Source: the human T2T-CHM13v2.0 reference genome, Homo sapiens
Strand: one strand, 5' to 3'
Assembly (NCBI RefSeq): GCF_009914755.1
Contig: NC_060931.1
Length of the DNA: 64,000 bases
Numbering within the stretch: the stretch's first letter is position 1; the number at the start of each line of letters is the position of its first letter. The notes under the pieces were generated by a model. That model was not told the DNA's origin. It saw only the letters and a list, made by a program, of their open reading frames with translations, and made no database searches. A program made the position numbers and the translations under genes. Shown here in pieces: positions 1-18,029 of this stretch.

Positions 1-560
1 TATATTTAAAGTGGGTTTCTTGTAGACAACATGTAGTTGTGTCATTTTTTTTTCATCCACTCTGCCAATCTCTGTCTTTCAACTGGTTATTTTATACCAT
101 TGACATTGAAAGTGATTATTGATATAGTTGAATTAATATTTACCATATTTAGTGTTTTCTATTTGTTGTTTTTGGTTCTTTGTTCTTATTTTGTCTTTCA
201 CTCTTTCTCTGCCTTTTGTGGTTTTAATTGAACACTTTATATGTTTCCATATTCTCTCCTCTCTTAGCATATCAGTTATGCCTTTTTTCACTTATTTTAG
301 TGGTTGCCTTAGAGTTTGCAATATACATGTATAACTATTTCAAGGCAACTTCCAAAAACACTGTACTATTTCACAGCTAGTGCAGGTACCTTATAATAAC
401 AAAATAATTCAAACTCCTCCCTTCTATCCCTTGTATCACTGCTGTCATTCATTTTACTTGTATGTAAGCATATATAAGCACAGATAGACATATATGCATA
501 AGATATACACATAAGTATACATAATTGAATGCATAGTTGCTATTATTATTTTAAACAAAC
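1..560 (-). mobile_element. Old L1M fragment; resumes at about 11740-13600
   Basis: Degenerate antisense L1 ORF1/ORF2-junction sequence on both sides of the younger L1 block. Confidence 0.6.
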
Positions 561-1593
561 TGTGCTGTGGAGTGAATGAAGACACTGATTGTTTTGCTTG
601 TACCTCCAGCACACTGAAGCCACCATATTCAAAGGAGTCCAGTCTGTCTTCCTGGTGAGCCCCTGACCTCTCTGCTCTTCATCCCCTGGCTTGGACCTGC
701 AGCACAGCCATCCTACTTCCACCTGAATGTTCTCATTGGCAGCAGCTCCATGTCTTTCTGGGGTGGAGTTCCCCGAGGCAACTGACAGCCCCCTATAACT
801 GCCACTGCAGTGGATGCCCACCCTTGCTGCCACCAGACTGGGCAAGGAACAAAGAGCCCGAGTGCTTTATTCACACCTCCATGCCACAGCTGCTCTATGG
901 AGAAGAGGCCAGACTGATTTTACAGCAAGCCTCCAATCCTCCAGCTCTTCACCGGGAAGGGCCGCCTGGCTTGAGGCCCACAATGCAGCTGCCCCACCCC
1001 CAGCTGATCATTTTGATTGGTAGCAGCTCTGTGCTTCTCTGGGGTGAATCCTTCAAAGACAAGTGAAAGGCCCTCTGCCATTGCCACTGTCAAGGTCCCC
1101 ACCCCTGCCACCCCCAAGCTAGGGAGAGAACAAAAAGCTTGAGTTCACAAAGGGGCTACAGTGCACAGCCTGGGAGTGCCAAGCTGAGATATATGGCCAA
1201 CACTTGAGTGGGAGAGGGGCCCACACTCTCAGAGCACTGAGAGAGAGCATAGCTGCAATTGAGGAAATACAGAGGAACCATGTGGCTGGGTAAGAGCCTA
1301 TCTACCAGCCATTACGGTTAAGTGCCATCTACTGGATGGAAGCCCAAACTTTAACACCAAAAATACATTGCTAACATACCTCCCCATAAAATCAAGGACA
1401 AGAATTCAGCCACAAATAAAGACCCTGCACAAAGCATCAGCCCTCTGAAAACATCCAGAAACAAATTCAACTGACTGTACTCAAATTACACCACAGTTAA
1501 AGGCACATCAGCCCACACAGATGAGCAAAAACGCAGGGAACTCTAAAAGCCAGAGTGTTTTCTTATTCCCAAATGACCACACTAGCTCCTCAA

Positions 1594-2232
1594 TGATGTA
1601 GGAGTTAAAAAGAAATTACTTAGGCAGACAGTGAGGTAAGAAAGTCTTTAGTAAGGTTTTCCTTTTAATGAAAAGCAGCCCCCAAATCATTTTCTTTTCT
1701 AACAAAGAGCAACCTGTAAAATCGAGCTGCAGACATAGAAAGGCAAGCTAGAAGTTTGCACGGGGAAGTGATGGCAGCTATGCCAGTAGGAAAGGAGCTA
1801 CCTGGGGACTAGGCATGTTCAAAATGTCAGCTCCTTCTTTCCTTTTCTTTGCCAAACCATATGTACAGTAAGGCGAAGACAACATGGCGCTGACAGGGCA
1901 AATATCCCATTTGCATAATAAGATTAGGGTGGGGAAGCCAGCTTCCTCACATGCTATGTAAATGTCACCCTAGTCTAATCAATCTTTGGGTCCTATGTAA
2001 ATCAGACACCGCCTCCTCAAGCTTTTTTATAAAATCCTGAGCACTCCACTGTGGGCCAGAAGTCCCATTTGGGCACCCCTCTCTAAAGCAGGAGAGAGAA
2101 GTGTTCTCCTTTTTCTTTCTTTTGCCTGTTAAACCTCCGCCCCTAAACCTACCTCTTGCATATGCATACTTGATTTCCTTGGCATGAGATGATGAACCTT
2201 GGTTATTTACCCCAGACAATGATGCCGCTTCA
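1594..2232 (+). mobile_element. ERV1 solo LTR (LTR9-like) inside the L1 5' region
   Basis: TG...CA termini (TGATGTAGGAG...GCCGCTTCA); the L1 sequence resumes seamlessly after it. Family name from memory. Confidence 0.75.
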
Positions 2233-3310
2233 CCAGTGATGGTTCTCAACCAGAATGAAATGGCTAAAATGACAGACATAGAATTAAGAATCTGGATAGC
2301 ATTGAAGATCATTGAGATTCAGGAGAAAATTGAAACTCAATCCAAGGAATCTAAGAAATCCAGTAAAGTGATTCAAGAGGTGAAAGGCAAAATAGGTATT
2401 TTAAGAAAGAACAAAACTGATCTGATAGGGCTGAGAAACTCACTAAAAGAATTTCATGACACAATCAGAAGTATTAACAGTGGAATAGACCAAGCTGAGA
2501 AATGAATCTCAGAGCTCAAAGCACAGTTCTTCAAATTATTTTAATTTCAAACTATTTTAGTCAGACAAAAATAAAACAACAAAGAATTTTTAAAATGAAC
2601 AAAACCTTTGAGGAATGTGGGACTGTGTATAGAGACCAAACCTACAACACATTGGCACCCCTGAAAGAGAGAGAGAGAGAGACCAAGCAACATAGAAAAC
2701 AAATTTGAGGATATTATCCACAAAAATGTCTCCAACCTCACTAGATAAGTCAACATTCAAATTCAGGAAATTCAGAGAACCTCTGTGAGCTACTTTACAA
2801 GACAAACATCCCCAAGACACATAGTCATCAGATTCTTCAAGGTCAATGCAAAAGAAATTATGTTAAGGCAGCTAGAAAGAAGGGGCAGGTTAACTATAAA
2901 GGGAACCCCACAACATTAACAATAGACCTTTCAGCAGAAACCCTACAAGTCAGAAGAGATTGGGGGCCTATATTCAGCATTCTTAAAGAAAAGAAATTCC
3001 AAGCAAGAATTTCATATCCAGCCAAACTAAGCTTCATAAGTGAACGAGAAATAAAATCTTTTTCAGATAAGCAAATGCTAAGGGAATTAGTTACCACTAG
3101 ACCCGCCTTACAAGAGTTGCTTAAGGGAGTGCTAAATATGGAAGTGAAAGACCACTAATGGCCACCACAAAAACATACTTAAGTACATAGACTATTTACA
3201 CTGTAAAGCAACTACACAATCAAGTCTACCTAACAACCAAGAACATGATGACAGGATCAAATCAGCACACATCAATATTAACCTTGAATGTAAACAGGCT
3301 AAACACCTCA

Positions 3311-7224
<3,914 letters not shown>

Positions 7225-7792
7225 AAAGAAACAGGACTCAACTATATGCTGACTTCAAGAAACCCATCTCGCATGCAAGTACACACATAAGCTCAAAGTA
7301 AATAGATGGAGAAAGATGTATCAAACAAATGGAAAACAAAAAAGAGCAGGGGTTCCTATTTTTATCTCCAAGAAAACAGACTTTAAACCAGCAATGATCA
7401 AAAAGACCAAAGGAGGGCATTGCATAATAATAAAGGGTTTCATTGAGCAAGAAGACTTAACTATCCAAAATACATATGCACCCAACATTGTGGCACCCAG
7501 ATTCATGAAACAAGATCTTAAAGGACTTACAAAGAGACTTAGATTACCATACAATAATAGTGGGAAACTTCAACACTCCACGACAGTATTCAACAGATAA
7601 TCAAGGCAGAATATTAAAAAAGATACTTGAGACCTAAACTTGACACTTGGCTAAATGGACCTAAAATCCTCTTATAGAACACTTCACCCAAGAATAAAAT
7701 ATACATTCCTCTCCTATGCACATGGCACATACTCCAAAACTGATCACACACTTGGCCACAAAGCAATTATCAACAAATTAAAAAACAACTCA

Positions 7793-8086
<294 letters not shown>

Positions 8087-10236
8087 TTAAAACCATACAA
8101 TTACATGGAAATTAAACAATTGGTTCTTGAGTAATTTGGGGTAAACAATGAAATTATAGCAGAAATCAATAAATTCTTTGAAATAAATGAAAACAAAGAT
8201 ACCACACACCAGAATCTCTGGGAAACAGCAAAATCATTGTTAAGAGGAAAGTCTACAGCACTAAATGGCCACATCAAATTTAGAAAAACTTTAATAAACA
8301 ACTTAATGTCACCCCTAGAGGAACTGGAAAAATAAGAGCAACCCAACCCCAAAGCTAGCAGAAGAAAAGAAATAACTAAAATCAAAGCTGAACTGAATGA
8401 AATAGAGGTAAGAGAAAACCATACAAAAGATCAACAAAATCAAACATTGTTTTTTTGGAAAAAGTAAATAAGACTTGTAGACCACTAGCCAGACTAGTAA
8501 AGAAAAGAAGAGAGAAGATCCAAATAAACACAACAAGAAATGACAAAGGGGACATAACCACTGAGTCCACAGAAATACAAAAAACCCTCAGGGACTATTA
8601 CAAATACCTGTATGCACACAAACTTGAAAACAGAGAACAAATGGATAGATTCCTGGAAAGAACCTCTCAAGATTGAACCAGGAAGAAATTGAAACTCTGA
8701 GCAGACCAATAATGAGTTCAGAAATTAAATCAGTAATAAAAATCCTACCAAGCAGAAAAAGCCCTGGACCAGAGAGTTTCACAGCCAAATTCTACCAGAC
8801 ATATAAAGAAGAGCTGGTACCACTCCCACTGAAACTATTCCAAAAAATTGAGGAGAAGGGACTCCTCCCTTGCTCATTCTATGAGGCCAGCATCATTCTG
8901 ATATCAAAACCTGGCAGAGACACAACAGAAAAAGAAAATTTCGGGGCAATATCTCTGATAAACATAGACACACAAATCCTCAACGAAATGCTAGCAAACC
9001 AAATCCAGCAGCATATCAAAATGCTAATCCACCATGATCAAGTAAGCTTTATTCCTAGGAGGCAAGAATGCTTCAACATATGCAAATCAATAAATGTGAT
9101 TCATCACATAAGCAGAACCAAAAACAAAAACCACAAGATAATCTCAATAGATGCAGAAAAGGCTTTTGGTAAAATTCAACATCCTTTCATGTAAAAACCC
9201 TCAATAAACTAGACATCAAAGGAACATACCTCAAAATAGTAAGAGCTGTCTATGACAAACCCACAGCCAACATCATACTGAATGGGCAAAAGCTAGAATC
9301 ATTTCCCTTGAAAACTGGAACAAGACAAGGATGCCCACTCTCACCACTCCTATTCAACACAGTACTGGAACTTCTATCCAGAGCAGTCAGGCAAGAGAAA
9401 AACATAAAAGGCAGACAAATAGGAAGAGAGAAAGTCAAACTATCTCTCTTCACAGATGATATATTCTATACCTAGAAAATCCCATAGTCTCTGCCCAAAG
9501 GCTCCTAGTTCTATAAACAACTTCAGCAAAATTTTAGGATACAAAATCAATGTACAAAAATCAGTCACATTTCTATATGTTAATAATGTCCCAAGCTGAG
9601 AGCCAAATTAAGAACACAATCCCATTCACAATAGGCACTAAAAGAATAACATACCTAGGAATACAGCTAACTAGGGAAGTCAAAGATTTCTACAATAAGA
9701 ATGACACAACACTGCTGAAAGATATCAGAGATAATATGAACAAATGGAAGACTATTCTGTGCTCATGGATAGGAATAATCAATATTGTAAAAATGCCCAT
9801 AATGCCCAAAGCAATTTATAGGTTCAATGTTATTCCTATTAAACTATCAACATTCTTCACAAAATTTAAAAAATACTATTCTAAAATTCAATTGAAACCA
9901 AAAAAGAGCCAGAATAAGCACAGCAATCCTAAGCAAAAAGAATAAAGCTGGAGGCATCACATTACCTGACCCCAAACTATACTACAAGGCTACAGTAACT
10001 GAAGCAGCATGGTATTGGTACAAACACAGTCACATACACCAATAGAAGAGTTTAGAGAACCCAGAAATTAAGCCACACATGTAACCATCTGATCTTCAAC
10101 AAAGCTGACAATAACAAGTAATGTGAAAATGATTCCCTTTTCAATAAGTGATACTGGGATTATTGGCTGGCTATATGGAGAAGATTGAAATTGGACCTTT
10201 TCCCTTTACCATATTAAAAAAATCAACTCAAAATGT

Positions 10237-10574
<338 letters not shown>

Positions 10575-11784
10575 CTAAAACTATAGAAACCCTAGAAGAA
10601 AACCTAGGAAATACCATTATGGACATAGGCCCTGGCAAAGATTTCATCACATAGACTCCAAAACAATTGCAACAAAAACAAAAACTGACACTGGGACCTA
10701 ATTAAAGAGCTTCTGCACAGCAAAAGAAACTATCAACAGAGTAAATAGACAACCTATAGAATGGGAGAAAATATTGCAAACTGCAAGTCACATCCAACGG
10801 AGGACTAATACCAGAATCTTAATAAATCTTAAGCAAATCAACAAGCAAAAAACAAACAAACCCGTTAAAAAATAGACAAAGGACATGAACAGACACTTCT
10901 GAAAAGGAAGACATACACATGGCCAGCAAGCATATACAAATGCTCACTATCACTAATTATTAGAGAAATGCAAATCAAAACCACAATGAGATGCTGTACA
11001 CAAGTCAGAATGGCTATTATTAAAATGTCAAAAATAACAGATGCTGGTAAAGATGCAGAGAAAAAGGAACGCTTATACATTCCTGGTGGGAATGCAAATT
11101 AGTTCAGCCACTGTGGGAAGCAATTTGGAGATTTCTCAAATAACTTAAAATGGAACTACCATTCAACCCAGCAATACCTTTATTGGGTTTATACCCAAAG
11201 AAATATGAATTGCTCTACCATAAAGATACATGCATGCACATGTTCATCACAGCACTATTCACAGTAACAAAGACATGGAATCACATAAATGCCCATCAAG
11301 AGTGGACTGGATAAAGAAAATGCGGTACATATACACCATGGAATACTACTCAGACATAAAAAAAGAAGAAAATCATGTTCTTTGTAGCAACATGGATGGA
11401 GCTGAAGGCCATTATCCTAAGTGAACTAATGCAGGAACACAAAACCAAATACTTCATATTCTCACTTATAAGTGGGAACTAAATAGTGAGTACACATGGA
11501 TACCACAAAGAAACAAACAGTAGACACCAGGGCCTATTTGAGGGTAGAGAGTGAGGTTTGAAATACTACCTATTGAATACTATGCTGATTACCTGGGTGA
11601 CAAAATTATCTGTATACCAAACCCCTGCAACATGCAATTTACCCATGTAGCAAACCTGCACGTGTGCCCTCGAACCTAAAATAAAAGTTGGAAAGAAAAA
11701 TAAATGAATAAAATAAAATCAAGGGTTTTATTTTAAAAAAGAATAGTAACAATAAAAGTTATTTCATCCTCTTATTCCTTCTAT

Positions 11785-12012
11785 TTATTGATTGATTGAT
11801 TTTTATTTTTATTTATTTATTTATTTTTGAGACAGAGTCTTGCTTTGTTGCCCAGGCTGGAGTGCAGTGGTGCAATCTCGGCTCACTGCAGCCTCTGCAT
11901 CCTGGGTTCAAGCTCCTGCCTCAGCCTCCCGAGAATGGCTATTATTAAAATGTCAAAAAATAACAGATGCTGGTAAGGATGCAGAGAAAAGGGAACACCA
12001 CCATGCCCCACT

Positions 12013-12053
<41 letters not shown>

Positions 12054-12180
12054 GTATACTTAGTAGAGACAGGTTTCACCAGGTTGGCCAGGCTGGTCTC
12101 GAACTCCGGGCCTCAAGTGATCCACCTGTCTCAGCCTTCCAAAGTGCTGGGGTTACAGGTGTGAGTCACTGCACCTGGCC
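11785..12180 (-). mobile_element. AluS-type element with an internal L1-derived patch and an expanded middle T-run
   Basis: Antisense Alu; 65-bp L1 insert at 11932-11996; T-run of about 37 nt at 12016-12052. Confidence 0.9.
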
Positions 12181-13979
12181 AGATGTGTTTTCTTTCTTTA
12201 TGTAGATCCAAGTTTCTGAGCTATGTCACTTTTCTTCTCTCTAAAGAACTCCTCTTAACATTTTTTGCAAGGCAGGCATACTAGCAACAAATTTTCGGAG
12301 TTTTTGTTTGCCTGAGAAAAATCTTTATTTCTTCTTCATTTTTGAAGGGTAGCTTTGCAGATTACAGAATTTTAGGTTGGTGGGGATTTCAGACATCAAT
12401 TTGGGAAAATTCTCAGTTAATATTGTTTCAAATATTTCTTCTATTCTTTTTTCTCTTCTGGTATTCTCCCTCCTCATATATTACTACTTTTGTAGTTGTT
12501 CCACAGTACTGAGATATTCTGCTACATTTTTATGAATTTTTTTCTATTGGCCTTTCAATTTTGGAGATTTCTTGGAGACATTGTGAAGCTCAGAGATTGT
12601 TTCCTCAGCTATGTCCAGCCTACCAATAAGCCCATCAAAGGCATTCTTCATTTCTGTTAGTGTTTTTGGTTTGCATTCCTTTTGGGGACTTTCTTAGGAT
12701 TTCCATCTGTCTGCTTACATTGCCCATCTGTTCTTGCCTGCTGTCTACTTTCTCCATTACAGCTCTTAGCATATGAATAGTTGTTTAAATGCTGGGTCTG
12801 ATCATTTCAATATCCTTGCTATATCTGGGTCTGGTTGGGATGTTTGCTCTGCCTCTTCAAACTGTGTATTTTGCCAGTTAGTATGTCTTGTAATTTTTCT
12901 TGCTATCTAGGTAGACATGATGTGCTGGGTAAAAGAAATGGCCATAAATAGGCCTTTAGTAATGTAGTGGTTAAGGTGTTGGGGGAGGAAATACATTCTT
13001 AGTCTTATGATTAGGTGTCAGTCTCGTAGTGAGCCTGTGCCTCCGGACTATGAACTTTACACATGATTCTCAGGTTTTATTTTTTTCTCTCCTTTGGTGA
13101 GACAGGATGAAGATAACTTATGAGCTTACTCTATCTAGCTAGAGTGAGCTGGAGTTGGGTATTTCCATTCCCCAAGGTTAGTTAGGCTTGATACCATCCC
13201 AGCAGGTTAGGCTCTTCAGTTTCTCCTGAGAACAGTTTTTGTTAAGAACAGAATGCTGTGGTATATTTAAAAATGTCCGTTTTACCCTCCCCCTGCTAAA
13301 AATGTGAGGTTTTTCTCTGAAATTTACTGTTGGAACCCCAAAGGAATTTTTGTCTCATATTTACTGTGAAAATCTCCTGTGGAGATTTCTATGAATTTCT
13401 GCTTGAGAAAAGTTGTAATGCCTTGTGCCTCTTTGTCTGTCTCTCCAATTTGGGGAGCAGCAGTTTGTGCTATGACTTCACTTCTCTTAGAGATCTAAGA
13501 AGAATTGTTAATTTTTTTCATTTTGCTCAGATTTTTACTTGTTGTCAGGTTGGAGAGGCAACACCCAATCTCCTTGCATGTGGAAACAGCTCATATATTT
13601 TATTTTGAGCTATTTTCTGTACCATGTTGTGTTGTGTTTGCCTCTTTATTGATATTAAAACTTCTCTACAGCATTCTTACACAACAGCCTTGGTGTTTTG
13701 TATGGTTAAAATAAGGAGATGATCAAAGTATGATTTTATTCATCACAATCATACAGTTTATTGCCACATAAAAATGCTCTGTTTTTTCCACCACACTCAA
13801 AGAGAGGGAGAATAAGGAGAATAAACCTCACAGAGAACACACTTAATAGACAAGGTACATTAAGCACATAGTGAGTGAATTCCAATTTTGTTTAGAGTTC
13901 AATTATTAAAGTCTAGCTGCTCAATTAGGATGGAAGCAGGCATCTGTGAATGTAAAGTCTAATGGAGGTTTGAGGCTTA

Positions 13980-14413
13980 TGTTAAAGCAAACTAAATATG
14001 GCCTGAGAAGGACTCTGTAATTCTATATTTGAGTCCTTGTGGATGAACTTGTAACCTAGCTTAATTGGCAGACAAAATTGAAAATCTAACTTAAGGGTAT
14101 GCGCCTGTAACAATAGCTGAGTCTTGGCCAACCCCAGGGGTCATACTTAAACCACTCATAGGCTGCTAAGTGTTCAAACTGTGTTCAAATAAGGCAAACG
14201 CCAACCTGCAACCAATCCAGCTGTTTCTGTACCTCACTTCTGATTTCTGTATGTCACTTCCCTTTTTTTGGACTATAAATTTGTTCTGACCATGAGGCAT
14301 CCCTGGAGTGTCTCTGATTCTGCTGTGATTCTGAAGGCTGCCCAATTCATGAATCATTCATTGCTCAATTAAACGCCTTTAAATTTAATTCTGCTGAAGC
14401 TTTTCTTTTGACA
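13980..14413 (+). mobile_element. ERV1 solo LTR (MER57-like)
   Basis: TG...CA ends with 4-bp TSD CTTA (13976-13979, 14414-14417); TATA-like and ATTAAA signals. Confidence 0.85.
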
Positions 14414-16899
14414 CTTAACCTTTCTACAAGAGGTTCTTGAAAGAGACGTTTGATGAACACAATGATATGTAAGCTCCTTCAGTGCTTTCAAATAGTGCTG
14501 GTGTTGGTGGGCAAAGCTGTAGAGAGTAGCTCAAAGGCTGGCAGAAAGTACCCTGCCACACTCTAAGCTCTTAATGTCTGTCAAAGTCTTGGGTTTATAT
14601 GTGTTTTGGAGTAGTTGAGGCCAATAACTCGCATATGTGGTCTGATAAGGTGTTATAACATTCTTCTGGGGAGAGAGATTACACTCCATGCTCTTACCAC
14701 AGCAAAACATGCCACCCACATAGAAAATTATATGTTTGGAATTTTCTATGTGAAAATTAACCTAAGTAGCCTAACACTTAGGTTATTGGTGCTTTGGGTG
14801 AATGAATACAATAAAGTGGAATAGAGAGACAACAGGAGCCATAGGACACAAAATGAGAATTCTGCTGACTCTTGGAAATGAGAGCATAAAGTGTCCAGGA
14901 AATTCTAAATTTTGGAGAATTTTTGGAAATATTTGAGAAGTCAGTGAATCACCACAGGCTGTACAGTTTTCTGCAATGGTTTGAATCATTTTATTTGGTT
15001 GTGAAATAAGAGTGACCTCAGAATGCTAGAGTACTTGTACATCACCAGGTTCCACACTAAATACATGATGACAATGATGATAACAACGGTGATGACAACA
15101 CTCAAGGAGGAAAAATACTGGCTTGGTATGCTGTAAAAATTTACTCTGTAGCTTTTCTTATTCACCTTAGCTGGAATGCATTGTAAGGATTCAGTTGCCT
15201 GTATCTGGGCCTCACTGCAACTTCTTAGAGATTTTCCTTCATAGTTTGTTTCCGTTGAAGGCTCTCTTACTGCTTTTTCTTCTATTCCCCTTACTCTCCC
15301 TATTCAGGCTCCAGCTTATTAAGTGCTGGCACTTTATCAGCTACATTTAAAGCCCGGATTCAGGGCAGCAACCACTGAAAGCGTACCCTGAGACAAAGGA
15401 TGTAGGTACACACCGAATGAGCTCCTCAAGTTTCTCAAGTCCAAAGAATAGTTGGCACTGCATACTGGTAACTTATCAGTACACTTCAGAGTGAGTTAAA
15501 AACAGGAATTATTTTAGACTCTGGATAATTACTTATTGTTAGCTCTTGTGCATATGCAGGCTTCCTTAGCTCAGTTAACCCTTCCTTCTTTTCCCAAGGC
15601 CTCCATCACCACTCTCATACACTATCTGGGGCTCCATCCTATTTTTGCATTAATTCCTTTGGTATTTCCCTTTTAATATTTTCATTCCAAGCCTTTAGCA
15701 AACAATAAAATTAAAAACAAAATGAGCATCAAGATACAGTAGGAAAATTGCCAACAGATACTTGGCAAACATATTTGTAGAGACATCTATCGTTGCCCTT
15801 GTTACATAATAATTTGTCTCTATGGAATTCTCTGTCAGATATGCCACTGCCCATTTCACCAAATATTTGAGAGCAAAAAATCAGTGTCATCTGATTGTGT
15901 ATGTTTACCTATAAATCAAAACTTTCTTTAAGCAAAGAATGAGAGCTTGAATCTGTGAAATCTAATATTCTGTCCTCAAGTATCATTTATCTGTTTATGA
16001 GACTCTGCCTAGGATGGAAGCTGCTAACATAACAGAGAATAGCCAATGATCTCACAACCTGGGCAGATGTGAGATTGTGCAAACACCTCTCAATCTAGAT
16101 GATGATAAACATTGATACTTCAGAGTGAACGTTATCAAATTGGAGAGCAGAACAGATCTCAGACATTATCTGGATCAAATACAGATCTTTTGATTCACTG
16201 ACTTACTATTCTCTGATATTTTCCGCCTTCACCAGGTATGTTTTCACTTTATAGCAAATAAATCTTTAATAAAATTGTGTGCATAAAAGTTCACTATCAG
16301 ATGCTCCATTCACAAGGAACTACAAGGAGGATAAACTCTTTATCTACTTTATTAATACCAAATCTATAATCTTCAGGCTTAGAAAGGGGATGCCAGCTGG
16401 ATCAAAAACTCCCAGCCTTTATTTAGTCAAGGGCCCATTAGGAAACAGATGATCCTCACAAATCAAAATAATTCAAGGATAAGAGGCTAGTTACAAAAGT
16501 GTGGAGACAGCATAGAGAAACCACAAACAATAGTGAAGTACCACACTACTACTAACAGCAGTGCTATCAATATTCCTAGGCCTGAATGGCAAAGGGAGTG
16601 AGTGTTTATCAAAGGTGGAAAGAGGGAATAATGTGGAGAGAGCTGCTTTGAAAGACGCTCTGATCTTAGGTTCAGAAACGCAACCATCTCAAGGCAACAC
16701 CACAGAGCATCAACCGGTGGAATACTTATCACAATCTTATTCTTCTCCATCCCTCAAATCTTTTGTTGTTGGGGCTGAATTCACCAGAAGCCAGAAGGCA
16801 AGAGAGCCTGTTGATGTAGTTCACATAGATCAGCTTCTCTGGGTGGAGCAGGGTAGACAACTATGGAGAAAAGTGTTGACAAAGCCCCTTTAAAAAAAG

Positions 16900-17995
16900 A
16901 GTTTCTTATTAAAACAACTGCCTCCAAAACCAAAGCAAAAAGCAGAGGTAAAACTTGTCAGCCATAGTAAGAAAATAAAAGGCAATAAAATATAAGCTGG
17001 CATATCTCAAAGAATAAACAAAACAGAAATTTAGAAATCAAGGCCATGCTGAAAACTTCATAATACAGAATTGAAATTGCTGAAAACATAACAAAGGACT
17101 CAGAAATCGGAATTAATAAAAGCAAAAATAATTATATGAAAATTTTTTAAAACAAAAAGAATTAACAAGAAAATGATAATTGTTGAACACAGAAAAGGAG
17201 ATTCAACATATGTATTGTTATCCTCTAAGAAGTTATTATTTCAGATACAACATAAGGATTATAGTTAGTAAAATTGTATTGTATTAGAGATTTTTGTTAA
17301 ATAAGTAAATTTTAGCTGTTCTTGTCACTATCAAAAAGTAACTATGTGAGATGAAGTAAATACATGTTACTCTTCTTCAGTATAGTAACAATTTTAGTAT
17401 ATGTATGTATTCTATAACATCATGTTGTAAACCTCAAACTTTAAAATTTATTTTATAAATAATGACGAAAACCAAAAATAAAAGGAATCTGGGTTGACAG
17501 TTCTTTCATTTCAGTACAGTAAACATGTTCCACTATCTTCTCACTTAAATTGTTTCTGATGAGCAATCTTTTGGCAGCTTTAACGTTGATCTTCTGTATA
17601 TAATATCTCTTGCTTTCTTGTAACTACTTTTAAGATTTTACCTTTATCTCTGGTTTTGAGAAATTTGATTATGATATAAATTGGTGTAGTTTTCTTCATA
17701 TTTCTTGCGTTCGGGGTTTTTTGAGCTTTTTGGATCTGTGGTTTTATACCTTTCATCACATTTGGAAAAATTAAGCCACCATTTCTTCAAATAATTTTTC
17801 TGATGTTTACCCTCTTTTTTGAGGACTCCAGTTACATATATACTGTGCTTATGGAATTTTTTTCCCCAGTTTACTGATATGCTTTTATTTTCTTTTTTCT
17901 TTTTTTTAACTTTGAATTATATATTCTCTTTTTTTATTTTTTATTTTTTTTAAATTTTATTATTATTATACTTTAAGTTTCTTTTAAGTTGTGGT

Positions 17996-18029
<34 letters not shown>

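Noticed and set aside
16120-16241. Possible unannotated exon ending CCAG|GTATGT
   Set aside because: A donor-like motif alone, with no supported acceptor, ORF or partner exon.
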